From sequence record KY555144.1: a DNA stretch of 64,000 bases. One strand, written 5' to 3'. Numbering within the stretch: the stretch's first letter is position 1; every line of letters starts with the position of its first letter. This document shows, piece by piece, positions 53,264 through 62,000 of the stretch. Under the pieces are notes generated by a model. It was not told the origin of the DNA. It searched no databases and worked only from the letters and a program-made list of their open reading frames with translations. Both the position numbers and the translations under genes were made by a program.

Positions 53264-54130
53264 GTGTCCGAGTCTGCTGAGTTCAACCCGCTCGACCAAA
53301 ATCAGTTCCCTCCTCGCCTCACCAAGGCTGCTGCGCGACAGGCGCGGCGCCAGGAGCGCAGCCAGAAAAAGGACCCCACGGCCAACAAGCCGAACTACAA
53401 GGCGCTCGAAGCCAAGACCGAACGCCAACGGCGCTATATCCAGGCCCTCAAGGCCGGTGAAAGCGTCATCGCCATTGGTGGGGCCGGCACGGGGAAGACC
53501 TATATCCCGTCCCGGCTCTTCGCCAAGAAGCTGATCGAAGCGAAGATCGAACGCCTGATCATCGCCCGCGTCACCGCCTCGCGCCCCAAGCACGCCCTGG
53601 GCTTCCTGCCCGGCAAGCTGGAAGCCAAACTCGCCCCGTGGCTCGTCCCGGTGATCGAGGGCGTCAAGGCCGAGATGAACGCCCAGACCTACACGCAGTT
53701 GCAGGAGGCCGGCAAGATCGAGTTCGCCTCGTTCGAGCATATGCGGGGCCGGACCTTCGCCGAGTGCTGCGTCCTCCTCGACGAGGCGCAGAACGCCGAC
53801 TACAAGGACCTGAAGATGGTCCTGACCCGCTGGGGCGAGAACGCCCAATACGCGGTCACCGGCGACGTCGACCAGATCGACGTCGACGATTCGGGCCTGG
53901 AGACGGTCGTCGACATCGTCGAGACCCACGACATCCCGATCCACGTGATCGAGTTCACCGACGAGGACGTGGTCCGCTCGCCCATGGCCAAGGCCTGGGT
54001 CAAGGCGTTCTCCGCCCACGAGGGCAAGGACGGTCGGACGCGGCGCTTCCATCGCCCCACTGTCAGGAATCTTGACGTCCTGCCGGCTTTTATCGATAAT
54101 GGCCGAGTCACGAAACCCGTGGCGTCGTGA
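53264..54130 (+). CDS. phoH: PhoH-family ATPase
   Basis: GGAGTGKT, LGFLPG, MRGRTF, LDEAQN, TGDVDQID, DVVRS. Confidence 0.95.
   Translation: MSESAEFNPLDQNQFPPRLTKAAARQARRQERSQKKDPTANKPNYKALEAKTERQRRYIQALKAGESVIAIGGAGTGKTYIPSRLFAKKLIEAKIERLIIARVTASRPKHALGFLPGKLEAKLAPWLVPVIEGVKAEMNAQTYTQLQEAGKIEFASFEHMRGRTFAECCVLLDEAQNADYKDLKMVLTRWGENAQYAVTGDVDQIDVDDSGLETVVDIVETHDIPIHVIEFTDEDVVRSPMAKAWVKAFSAHEGKDGRTRRFHRPTVRNLDVLPAFIDNGRVTKPVAS
54062..54077 (+). promoter_or_regulatory. GTCAGGAATC-TTGACG promoter (neck operon)
   Basis: Motif variant inside phoH 3' end. Confidence 0.6.
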
Positions 54131-54131
54131 C
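54107..54131. promoter_or_regulatory. GTCA-N17-TGAC palindromic site
   Basis: GTCACGA-N11-TCGTGAC. Confidence 0.45.
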
Positions 54132-54147
54132 AAAGACGTAGCGCACC

Positions 54148-54669
54148 ATGGCCTTCACCTTCGTTGTTGAGACTGGCGCCGGAGACCCGGCCGCGAACTC
54201 GTACTGCGACGTGCAGTTCGCGGACGACTACATCTACGCCAATGTCTACGCCAACACCGCCTGGGACGCGCTGGATCAGGATGGCAAGGAACGCTTCCTG
54301 GTCCGGGCGTCCAAGTACCTCGACCGCACGATCGCCTGGGCCGGGGAGAAGGTCGACGAGGATTCCGGCCTGCGCTGGCCGCGCACCGGGGTCTACGACA
54401 TCGACGGCTTCCTGATCCCCAGCGACGCGATCCCGCAGCAACTCATGGAGGCCACCGCCGAGATGGCGGCGGCCCTCATGAACAACGACTGGACCTCGCC
54501 GCAGACCACGCGCGGCATGAAGGAAATCCAGGTCGACGTCATCGAACTGAAGTTCGACAGCGAAATCCAGCGCGGCTCCATGCCCGATATCGTCATGTCG
54601 ATCCTCGAAGGTCTGGGGGTCGTCAAGACCGGCACCCGTCCGGCCTTCAAGAAGATCATTCGCCACTAA
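54148..54669 (+). CDS. Head-tail adaptor (DnaT-like family)
   Basis: ANSYCDV...A...LDR...GLRWPR...IPQQL..ATAEMA pattern. Confidence 0.8.
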   Translation: MAFTFVVETGAGDPAANSYCDVQFADDYIYANVYANTAWDALDQDGKERFLVRASKYLDRTIAWAGEKVDEDSGLRWPRTGVYDIDGFLIPSDAIPQQLMEATAEMAAALMNNDWTSPQTTRGMKEIQVDVIELKFDSEIQRGSMPDIVMSILEGLGVVKTGTRPAFKKIIRH

Positions 54670-55061
54670 TGGCCCTCGAAGCCTTCATCCGTTCCCAGGT
54701 CGTCATCGCCTTCAACCAGCTTGACGACATTGCCAAGCGCTGGACCTACGTCCAACGCTCGGGCGATCCGGTGCGCGATGTCGAGAGCGGCGTGACCACC
54801 TATCCATCGACCGAGATCGTCATTCCCAAGGCGGTCAAGGTGCGGTTCAAGAAGGACGAGAAGGACGCCCACGGCCAGACCCTGGTGGGCGAGAAGGTCC
54901 TGTTCCCCCGCGTCTTCCTGCCGGGCGACTTCGAGACCGCGACCTCCGACTATCTCGTCGATCAGAACGACATCATCTGGGAGATCATCAGCGACCTGGG
55001 CGACCCGGCCTCGGCGCTGGCGATGTTCCAGGTCCGCAGCACGCGGAAGAAGACCCCGTGA
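54669..55061 (+). CDS. Head closure/neck protein
   Basis: TAATG overlap; synteny. Confidence 0.7.
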   Translation: MALEAFIRSQVVIAFNQLDDIAKRWTYVQRSGDPVRDVESGVTTYPSTEIVIPKAVKVRFKKDEKDAHGQTLVGEKVLFPRVFLPGDFETATSDYLVDQNDIIWEIISDLGDPASALAMFQVRSTRKKTP

Positions 55062-55531
55062 AGTCGGGCGGAGCCAAGCTCAGCTTCTACACCGACGGGA
55101 ACCTGGAGGCGGCGTTCAAGCGCTTCTTCGCCACCGCCGAGAAGCGCTATGACGAGCGGGCCGATCGCCTGCTGATCAAGCTGAACGAACTGATCCTGGC
55201 CCGCACCCCGGTGTGGGAAGGCGACACCATCCACAACTGGCGCTGGTCGACGCGCGCCCCGGACATGCGCCACGAGGCCCCGCTCGACAATGGCGATCCG
55301 GGCCGCACGAGCGAGATGGACCTGGGCCAGGAGCCGCGCCGCCGCGTTAACGAGACGCGCCCCCGCCAGTCGCTGGCCGGCGCCCTGCGCGCCAAGGAGC
55401 CGATCGACATCTATCTGACCAACACCGCCGAGAGCGCGGTCGATCTCGAATACGGCCTGCTCCCGACCAGGGCGCAGAGCCGAAACAAGATGGGGATGGT
55501 CCGAATCTCGATTAAAGAGGTGTTCGGATGA
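55058..55531 (+). CDS. Neck protein (HK97 gp10-like)
   Basis: RTPVWEG...NW...YLTN...LEYG. Confidence 0.75.
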   Translation: MKSGGAKLSFYTDGNLEAAFKRFFATAEKRYDERADRLLIKLNELILARTPVWEGDTIHNWRWSTRAPDMRHEAPLDNGDPGRTSEMDLGQEPRRRVNETRPRQSLAGALRAKEPIDIYLTNTAESAVDLEYGLLPTRAQSRNKMGMVRISIKEVFG

Positions 55532-55602
55532 TCCCCGCCTTCATCATCCTGCCGCGCGTCTATCTCGCCGCGTGGCTGTCGTTTTGGCTGGGAGAGGACT
55601 GA
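55528..55602 (+). CDS. 24-aa hydrophobic micro-protein
   Basis: MIPAFIILPRVYLAAWLSFWLGED; GAGG RBS; ATGA and TGATG coupling. Confidence 0.55.
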   Translation: MIPAFIILPRVYLAAWLSFWLGED

Positions 55603-56057
55603 TGCTCGAACACGACATGCTCCGGCAAGTCCTGGAGCAGCAGGCCGTCGCCGCCGCCCCGACGATCGGGCTGAAGCTGAACTTCGACAACTCCGAATTC
55701 GTCCAGCCCAAGGACGGTGCGCACTGGGCTGAGTTCTGGGTCCAGACGGGCAACACCGTGCCCTGCGAGGTCGCTGGCCCGCGCGGCTACGAAAAGACCT
55801 CGGGCCTGATCCAGTTCACGCTCAAGGCCCCCGAGGAAGAAGGCAACGGCGCGATCCTCAAGAAGGCCGGCGCGCTCAAGAAGGTCTTCAACCGCCGCCA
55901 ATGGGTCGTGCCGCCGGACGGCTATGTCACCCTCGACCCGATCTCGGTCCAGTCGCACGGCAAGCCGATCGACGGCTTCTATAATGTCGTGGTCTGGGCG
56001 ACCCTCTGGTTCCACCACCGCGATCCCGACGCCGACGATCGCTGGATTCGCGGTTGA
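55602..56057 (+). CDS. Tail terminator/completion protein
   Basis: GAGGA RBS; position before tail tube; DUF4128-like pattern. Confidence 0.75.
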   Translation: MLEHDMLRQVLEQQAVAAAPTIGLKLNFDNSEFVQPKDGAHWAEFWVQTGNTVPCEVAGPRGYEKTSGLIQFTLKAPEEEGNGAILKKAGALKKVFNRRQWVVPPDGYVTLDPISVQSHGKPIDGFYNVVVWATLWFHHRDPDADDRWIRG

Positions 56058-56080
56058 CCGCGTCTTTCACGCCGGCTAAG

Positions 56081-56119
56081 GTCGTGAATCTTGACATTTC
56101 CCAAAGTCTAGGGTAGGGT
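56081..56119 (+). promoter_or_regulatory. GTCGTGAATC-TTGACA-N15-GGTAGGGT promoter (tail operon)
   Basis: Exact motif. Confidence 0.8.
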
Positions 56120-56200
56120 CACCACACTTGCGATGCAGGGCCGGGTCGGCACGCTCGCTGACCCCCTTTTGTCACAAAACCGTGGATTGGTGACCTGCCC

Positions 56201-58033
56201 ATGGCTGCATCGTTCTTCGCCGACTCCAACCGCGCGCGGATGCGCTACATCAAGGAGAACAACGTTGTCTGGGGCGTGACCCCCGCCAGCGGCGTCTCCC
56301 GTGAACTGCGGTACACCGGCTCCACCGTCAACGCCCAGAAGGACACGACCCTCTCGGAAGAAATCCGTGCTGACCGCATGGTGTCCGAGATCGTCGAAGT
56401 CGCCGCGCGCACGACGGGCGAAATCAACATCGAATTCTCGGCCGGCTCGCACGACGACCTGCTGGAAGCCTTCATGTATGGCGCCTGGACGCGCCCGATG
56501 ACCTTCGACTCGGTCCAAGGCGTCTCGCTCGAATGGGCCGACACCGACACCCTGTACGTCAAGGGCAAGAACGTCACGCCCTACTTCTTCGCCGGCCGCC
56601 GCGTCCGCACCCAGGGCTTCATCAACGTCGCCAACAACGGCTACTGGCAGATCGACACGATCACCTTCAACGCCGGCGCCAACCGCACCGAGATCAACAT
56701 GTCGACGTCGACCGCTGTCGCTGAGCGCGGCACGGCCTACTCGGCGCTGTACGACGCCAACGACGTCATCGTGCTGAACAACACCGCCATCCGTGCTGGC
56801 ACCGCCGGCGAGGCGGCGTTCGACTCCAACGGCACCAACGCCTTCGCTGCGGCGATCGCGGCGGGCCAACTGTCGGTCGGCCAGAAGATTTTCGTCGAAG
56901 GCCTGGGCTTCGAGACCGGCACGGTCGTCCTGGCTGGTCTGCCGACCGCCGGAGCCCGCGTCCAGATCAGCGACGGCGTCAAGACGGTGCCCTTCCAGTT
57001 CGGCGGCTCGGCGGCTCAGCCGACCGTGGTCGTCGCCCTCGGCGCCGACGAGACGGAGACCGCCCAGAACCTCGCCGACGCGATCAACAAGCTGCGCGTG
57101 CGCAAGCAACTGGAAGTCGGGGCCTCGGCCGCGACCGGCACCGTGACCCTGCGCAACCTGCTGGTCACCGGCGGCTCGATCATCGAGACCGTGGCCGACG
57201 CCAATGTCACCGTGACCAACTTCTCGGGCGGCGACGCCTCGCTGCGCGGCGTGTTCACGATCGAAGCGCTGACCGACGACAAGATCACCGTCAACCCCGC
57301 GCCCGCGACCCTGGCCAACACGACGGCCAAGGTCAACATCAAGGGCTCGATGCTCCGCAACCCGTTCGACCCGGACGTGATCACGGCGCAGTCGTTCACC
57401 TTCGAGACCGGCTTCGAGGACGTCGACCAATACTACCTCGCCGACGGCATGCGGATCGGCACGGTCGCGCTGAACATCGCGGCCAACTCGATCCTGACGG
57501 GCTCGTTCGGTCTGCAAGGCCGCGCCTCGACCCGCCAGAACACCTCCAAGCTCGGCGAAGCGCCCTACACCGCGCTCCAGACGACCGCGACGCCCGTGGC
57601 CAACGCCACCGTCAACGTCGGCAAGATCGCGATGAACGGCGAAGAACTGTCGACCGCCGTGCAGTCGATCGCCATCAACGGCACGAACAACCTGCGTGAC
57701 CAGATGGCCGTGGGCTATAAGTTCCCCGCCGGCATCGGCGCGGGCCGCATGGAAATCTCCGGCTCGCTGGTCGCCTACTTCGCCGACGGCAACCTGTGGG
57801 ACAAGTTCATCAACCACGAGACCGTCTCGGTGAGCTTCCCGCTGACCGACGTGCTGGGCAACCACTACGAGTTCACGATCCCGGCGGCGAACTTCTCGAC
57901 CGACACCGTGAACCCGGCCGGCGGCAACCAGGACATCATGGAGAACCTGGAATACACCGCCAAGCGCGACCCGGTCACTGACTGCCAGTTCCAGATCGAC
58001 CGCTACTCCTCGATCTTCGCGAACACGAACTAA
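56201..58033 (+). CDS. Major tail tube protein with inserted domain
   Basis: SEEIRADRM...GEINIEFS...; GRMEISGSLVAYF; synteny. Confidence 0.88.
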   Translation: MAASFFADSNRARMRYIKENNVVWGVTPASGVSRELRYTGSTVNAQKDTTLSEEIRADRMVSEIVEVAARTTGEINIEFSAGSHDDLLEAFMYGAWTRPMTFDSVQGVSLEWADTDTLYVKGKNVTPYFFAGRRVRTQGFINVANNGYWQIDTITFNAGANRTEINMSTSTAVAERGTAYSALYDANDVIVLNNTAIRAGTAGEAAFDSNGTNAFAAAIAAGQLSVGQKIFVEGLGFETGTVVLAGLPTAGARVQISDGVKTVPFQFGGSAAQPTVVVALGADETETAQNLADAINKLRVRKQLEVGASAATGTVTLRNLLVTGGSIIETVADANVTVTNFSGGDASLRGVFTIEALTDDKITVNPAPATLANTTAKVNIKGSMLRNPFDPDVITAQSFTFETGFEDVDQYYLADGMRIGTVALNIAANSILTGSFGLQGRASTRQNTSKLGEAPYTALQTTATPVANATVNVGKIAMNGEELSTAVQSIAINGTNNLRDQMAVGYKFPAGIGAGRMEISGSLVAYFADGNLWDKFINHETVSVSFPLTDVLGNHYEFTIPAANFSTDTVNPAGGNQDIMENLEYTAKRDPVTDCQFQIDRYSSIFANTN

Positions 58034-58040
58034 GGGCTTA

Positions 58041-58064
58041 GTCACGATTCCCCCGAATCGTGAC
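58041..58064. promoter_or_regulatory. GTCA-N16-TGAC palindromic site
   Basis: GTCACGA-N10-TCGTGAC after tail tube gene. Confidence 0.55.
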
Positions 58065-58183
58065 AGCCCCACCCGCTTCCCCCGATAGACCAAAGTCCCC
58101 AGGACAGAAGTCTCAGCGCTGAGCAGGGCCGCCCGGAAATCGGGGCCGGGCGGCCCACCCTCCCCGATACGGAACCCCCGAAC

Positions 58184-58612
58184 ATGACCGACAAGATCAA
58201 GATCGACATGCTGGACCTCTTCTCGACCGATCGCGAGTCGGAAGAAGCGGGCGTCTGGATTTACCTGGACGAGGCCGAGCAGACCGGTTTCAAGATTCGC
58301 GCCCTGGGCGCCAAGGCGGTTCTCGACCTGCGCGAGGAACTGACCAAGAAGTACCAGTCTCTGATCCGCGCGGGCGGCAAGCTCCCGGACGAGAAGGTCG
58401 AGGAAATCAACCTGAAGGTCATCGCCGGCGGCGTGCTGGCGGACTGGAAGGGCATCATCGTCGGCGGCGAGGAAATCCCCTACAGCGCCGAGGCGGCCTA
58501 TACGGTCCTGAGCAACCCGAAGCTGGGCAAGATGTCCGCCTTCATCGCTCAGCACTCGATGGACGCCCAGAACTATCGCGACGACGCTCGTGAGGACGCC
58601 GCAAAAAACTAA
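58184..58612 (+). CDS. Tail assembly chaperone (G)
   Basis: Between tail tube and TMP; ends GCA AAA AAC TAA. Confidence 0.88.
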   Translation: MTDKIKIDMLDLFSTDRESEEAGVWIYLDEAEQTGFKIRALGAKAVLDLREELTKKYQSLIRAGGKLPDEKVEEINLKVIAGGVLADWKGIIVGGEEIPYSAEAAYTVLSNPKLGKMSAFIAQHSMDAQNYRDDAREDAAKN

Positions 58613-59079
58613 CGGCGGCTCTGGAGTTCACGCTCAGCCAGAAGCACGGGGGTAGCGGGCGCGTCAAGTCGGCGGCCCGCGCCCCCAATGCCGAATCGCC
58701 TGACGACTGGCTGGCGCGGATCAAGGCTCAGAACTCCGGCCCTCCGCCGAGCGCGGACGACGAGTTCGACCTGAACGCAGAGCCGAAGGGGATTGAGCCC
58801 TATCCGGACCTCCTGTGGGTCTGGGACGGTTTCTGGCGCCTCTCGAACAAACGCCCCAACGGCATGTCCGGCCCGATGCGGATTCCGACCTCGGAGATCG
58901 AGGCCTTCACCCGCATCCGGCGCTGGGACTACGCCAAGAGCAACGAATTCCTGTTCTACGTCGACATGATGGACGAGGTCTACATGGCCCACGTCGCCAA
59001 GGTCCTCGAAGAGCAGGAGCGCCAGCGAGAAACCGCCGCCAACAAGCCCCCGATCCACAATAAGCGGGGCCGCCGATAG
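58184..59079 (+). CDS. Tail assembly chaperone G-T, via -1 frameshift at A AAA AAC (58603-58609)
   Basis: -1 frame open from the slip site to 59079, containing LWVWDGFWRLSNKR. Confidence 0.85.
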
Positions 59080-59084
59080 GATCA

Positions 59085-62000
59085 ATGGACAGCGAAGCCC
59101 TCAAGCTTAAGATCGATTCCTCGCAAGCGCGTACCGACCTGGACGCGCTTGCGAAGTCCCTCGACCGCGCGTCCAAGGCCGCCGGCGCCATGCAGTCGAA
59201 CCTCGCCAAGGGGGTCGACAAATCCAACGAGGCCCTGTCGCGCGGGGCCAAGAACATCGAGAAGTTCGCCCGCGTCACGGCGGAACTCTCGAAGGTCAAG
59301 CTGTCGGGCGATCCCGCCAAGCAGTTGACCGAATTCGCCAACGCCGTCTCGGCCGTGGCGCGCGCGCGCGAGATCAGCGCCGCCAAGCTCAATGGCCTGT
59401 CGAAGTTCGTCCAGGTCGGCGCGGCTATCTCCAAGCTGCGGTTCACCGGCGAGTCCTTCTCGGGTCTGCACGCCCTGACCCAGGCGATGGACGAGGCCGG
59501 GCGCGCCCGCGCCGTCAGCGCCGCCAAGCTCAAGTCGTTCGTCGACTACATGGAAGTCGCCGCGCGCGCCTCGCGCCTGCGCTTCTCCTCCCAGACCTCC
59601 GAAGCCCTGAAGTCCCTGGCCAGCGCCATGGATGCGGTCGCGCGTTCGCGCGTGGTCAGCCCCCAGAAGCTGGCGGCCTTCAAGGAACTCTTCGCCACCC
59701 TGGCCACCGCCAAGGGCGTGCCGAACGCCGGCGCGATCGCCCGCGACCTCGACACCATCGCCGGGGCCGCCTCGCGCGCCGCCAAGGCCATGGCGGAACT
59801 CAAGGGCGCGCGCTCGGGCATGGGCTCGATGCGGGCCTCGGGCGGCTCCGGAGGCGGCGGAGGCATCGCTTCGGGCGCGTCCTCCAACGTCAAGCGCTTC
59901 AACGAGGAAGTCGCCAAGGTCAAGGGCCATACCGACAACGCCGCCAAGGGCGTCGACGGCCTGGGCAAGGGCCTGGGTTTCCTGACCGGCCGCTTCAACC
60001 TCTCCTATCAGGCGGGTACGCTGTTCTCGGCGCTGTTCTCGTCCTTCACCTTCGGCCAACTGGTCAAGGGCATCTACGACACCACGGTCTCGTTCCAGAA
60101 GCTGAACAAGGCCATGCTGTTCGTCACCGGCACCTATGCCGGAGCCCACAAGGCGACCCAGGACTTCATCGACATCTCGGTGCAACTGGGCGCGTCCGTC
60201 GAAGACAACGCCGACGCCTATTCGCGCTTCGCCATCTCGTCGGCCGCCGCCGGCCTGAAGCTGAACGACGTCAACAAAATCTACCGGTCCACCCAACTTG
60301 CCCTGACCGCCGTCGGCGCCAACAGCGAGCAGGTCGGCTACGCCTTCTACGGCCTGTCGCAGGCCATGGCGAAGGGCAAGATTTCGTCCGAAGAGTTCAA
60401 CCGTCAGATCGGCGAGCAAATCCCCGGCAACGCCCAGGCGGGCGCGCGCGCCCTGTCCAAGCTGACCGGGCAGCAGAAGTCGGTCGCCGACCTCTTTGAC
60501 GAGATGCGCAAGGGCACGCTCCAGTCCGCGCCGTTCCTGAAGGCCTGGGCCGACGAGATCAACCGCATGTTCGCCCCGCTGCTGCCGGAGGCCGAAAAGC
60601 GTCCTGACTTCCAACTGAACAAGCTGAAGACCGCCTTCTCCCTGTGGAAGGTGGAAGTGGGCCGGTCGCAGTTCATCGGCGCCCTGACCACCCAGTTCAA
60701 GAAGCTCTCGGACATGTTGATCGTGGTCGACGGGGACCACCAAGTCCTGACCGAGCGCGGGCGCAAGCTTGCCGAGTCGTTCGGCAAGGGACTGGCCCAG
60801 GCCGTCAACATCCTCGGCAACGCCCTGGCGTGGCTGGCGGACAACCTCGACAAGGTCGTCGCCGTGATCAAGGTGGTTGGCGCCCTGGCGATCGGCAACG
60901 AGTTCGCCAAGTGGGGCCGGCAGGTCGCGGCCTTCGCCGACAACATGCTGGGCGTCAAGCGGGCGATCGAGGAAGTCTCGGCCGCCGAGACCGCCGCCTC
61001 GGGCAAGCGCGCGGTGACCTCCAAGGCCGGGGCGGTCAACGCCGTCTCGACCGTGGCGTCCGATCGCATGGCGATGGCGACCAACCGCACCCGTAACGCG
61101 GTGATGGGCGGCACCTTCGTCGCCAATGCGGTGGCTCCGGCCGTGCGTCAGTCGCCGCAGTTCTCGCAACTCTCCTACCTGACCGGCAACCCGACCTCGC
61201 CCACGCGGGGCGCGCCGACGTTCGGCCGTCGCCAGCCCTATACCGGCACCATGACCTTCGACGCGCGCCCGACGGGCCGGGCCGGCGGCATGGGCGGCCT
61301 GTTCGCCGCCATGGGCTCGGGCGCGGCGACCGCCGCCACCGGAGCCTTCACGGGCCTGCGCAAGGCGCTCAACGTCCTGCCCGGCGTCGCCCTGGCGGGG
61401 GCCGTCGCCCTGGCGATCTTTGGCAACAGCATCACCAAGCTGAACGACAAGGCCGTCTCGTACAACAACATCGCCGCCGGCGCCCTGGGCACGGTGGGCG
61501 ACGAGATCGGCAACGGCATGACCGGGCTGATCAACGGCATCCGGGGCCTGTTCGGCGCCCAGCAGAAGGCCCAGGGCACCGGCGACTGGCTGGTGGACCT
61601 CTCGGCGACGCTGATCGTCTTCGGCAAGGCCATCTTCACCCTGGCGACCACGCTCGGTAAAATCCTCGGCACGCTGATGGCCAATGTCATCATCCCGTGG
61701 ATCGAATTGGGTCAGAAGCTGGCGTCGGGCGATCTGAAGGGCGCGGCGGCCAAGTCCGGTGAAGTCCTCATGGGTCAACTGGGCAAGGGTAACCGCGAGC
61801 GCTGGGCCGAACTGGGCAAGGAACTGGGCAAGGACTGGGGCAAGGCCCTGGACTACGCGGGCACGCGCCAGTCGATCGTCAACGGCGCCCTGAAGTCGGC
61901 GGCCGGCGACAGCGCCACCCCGCAGGGAGCCTCCGACAAATTGACCGAGGCGGCCCTGGCGCAGATGAAGGCCGCCGACCAGCAGGCCCTCGCCGCCGCC

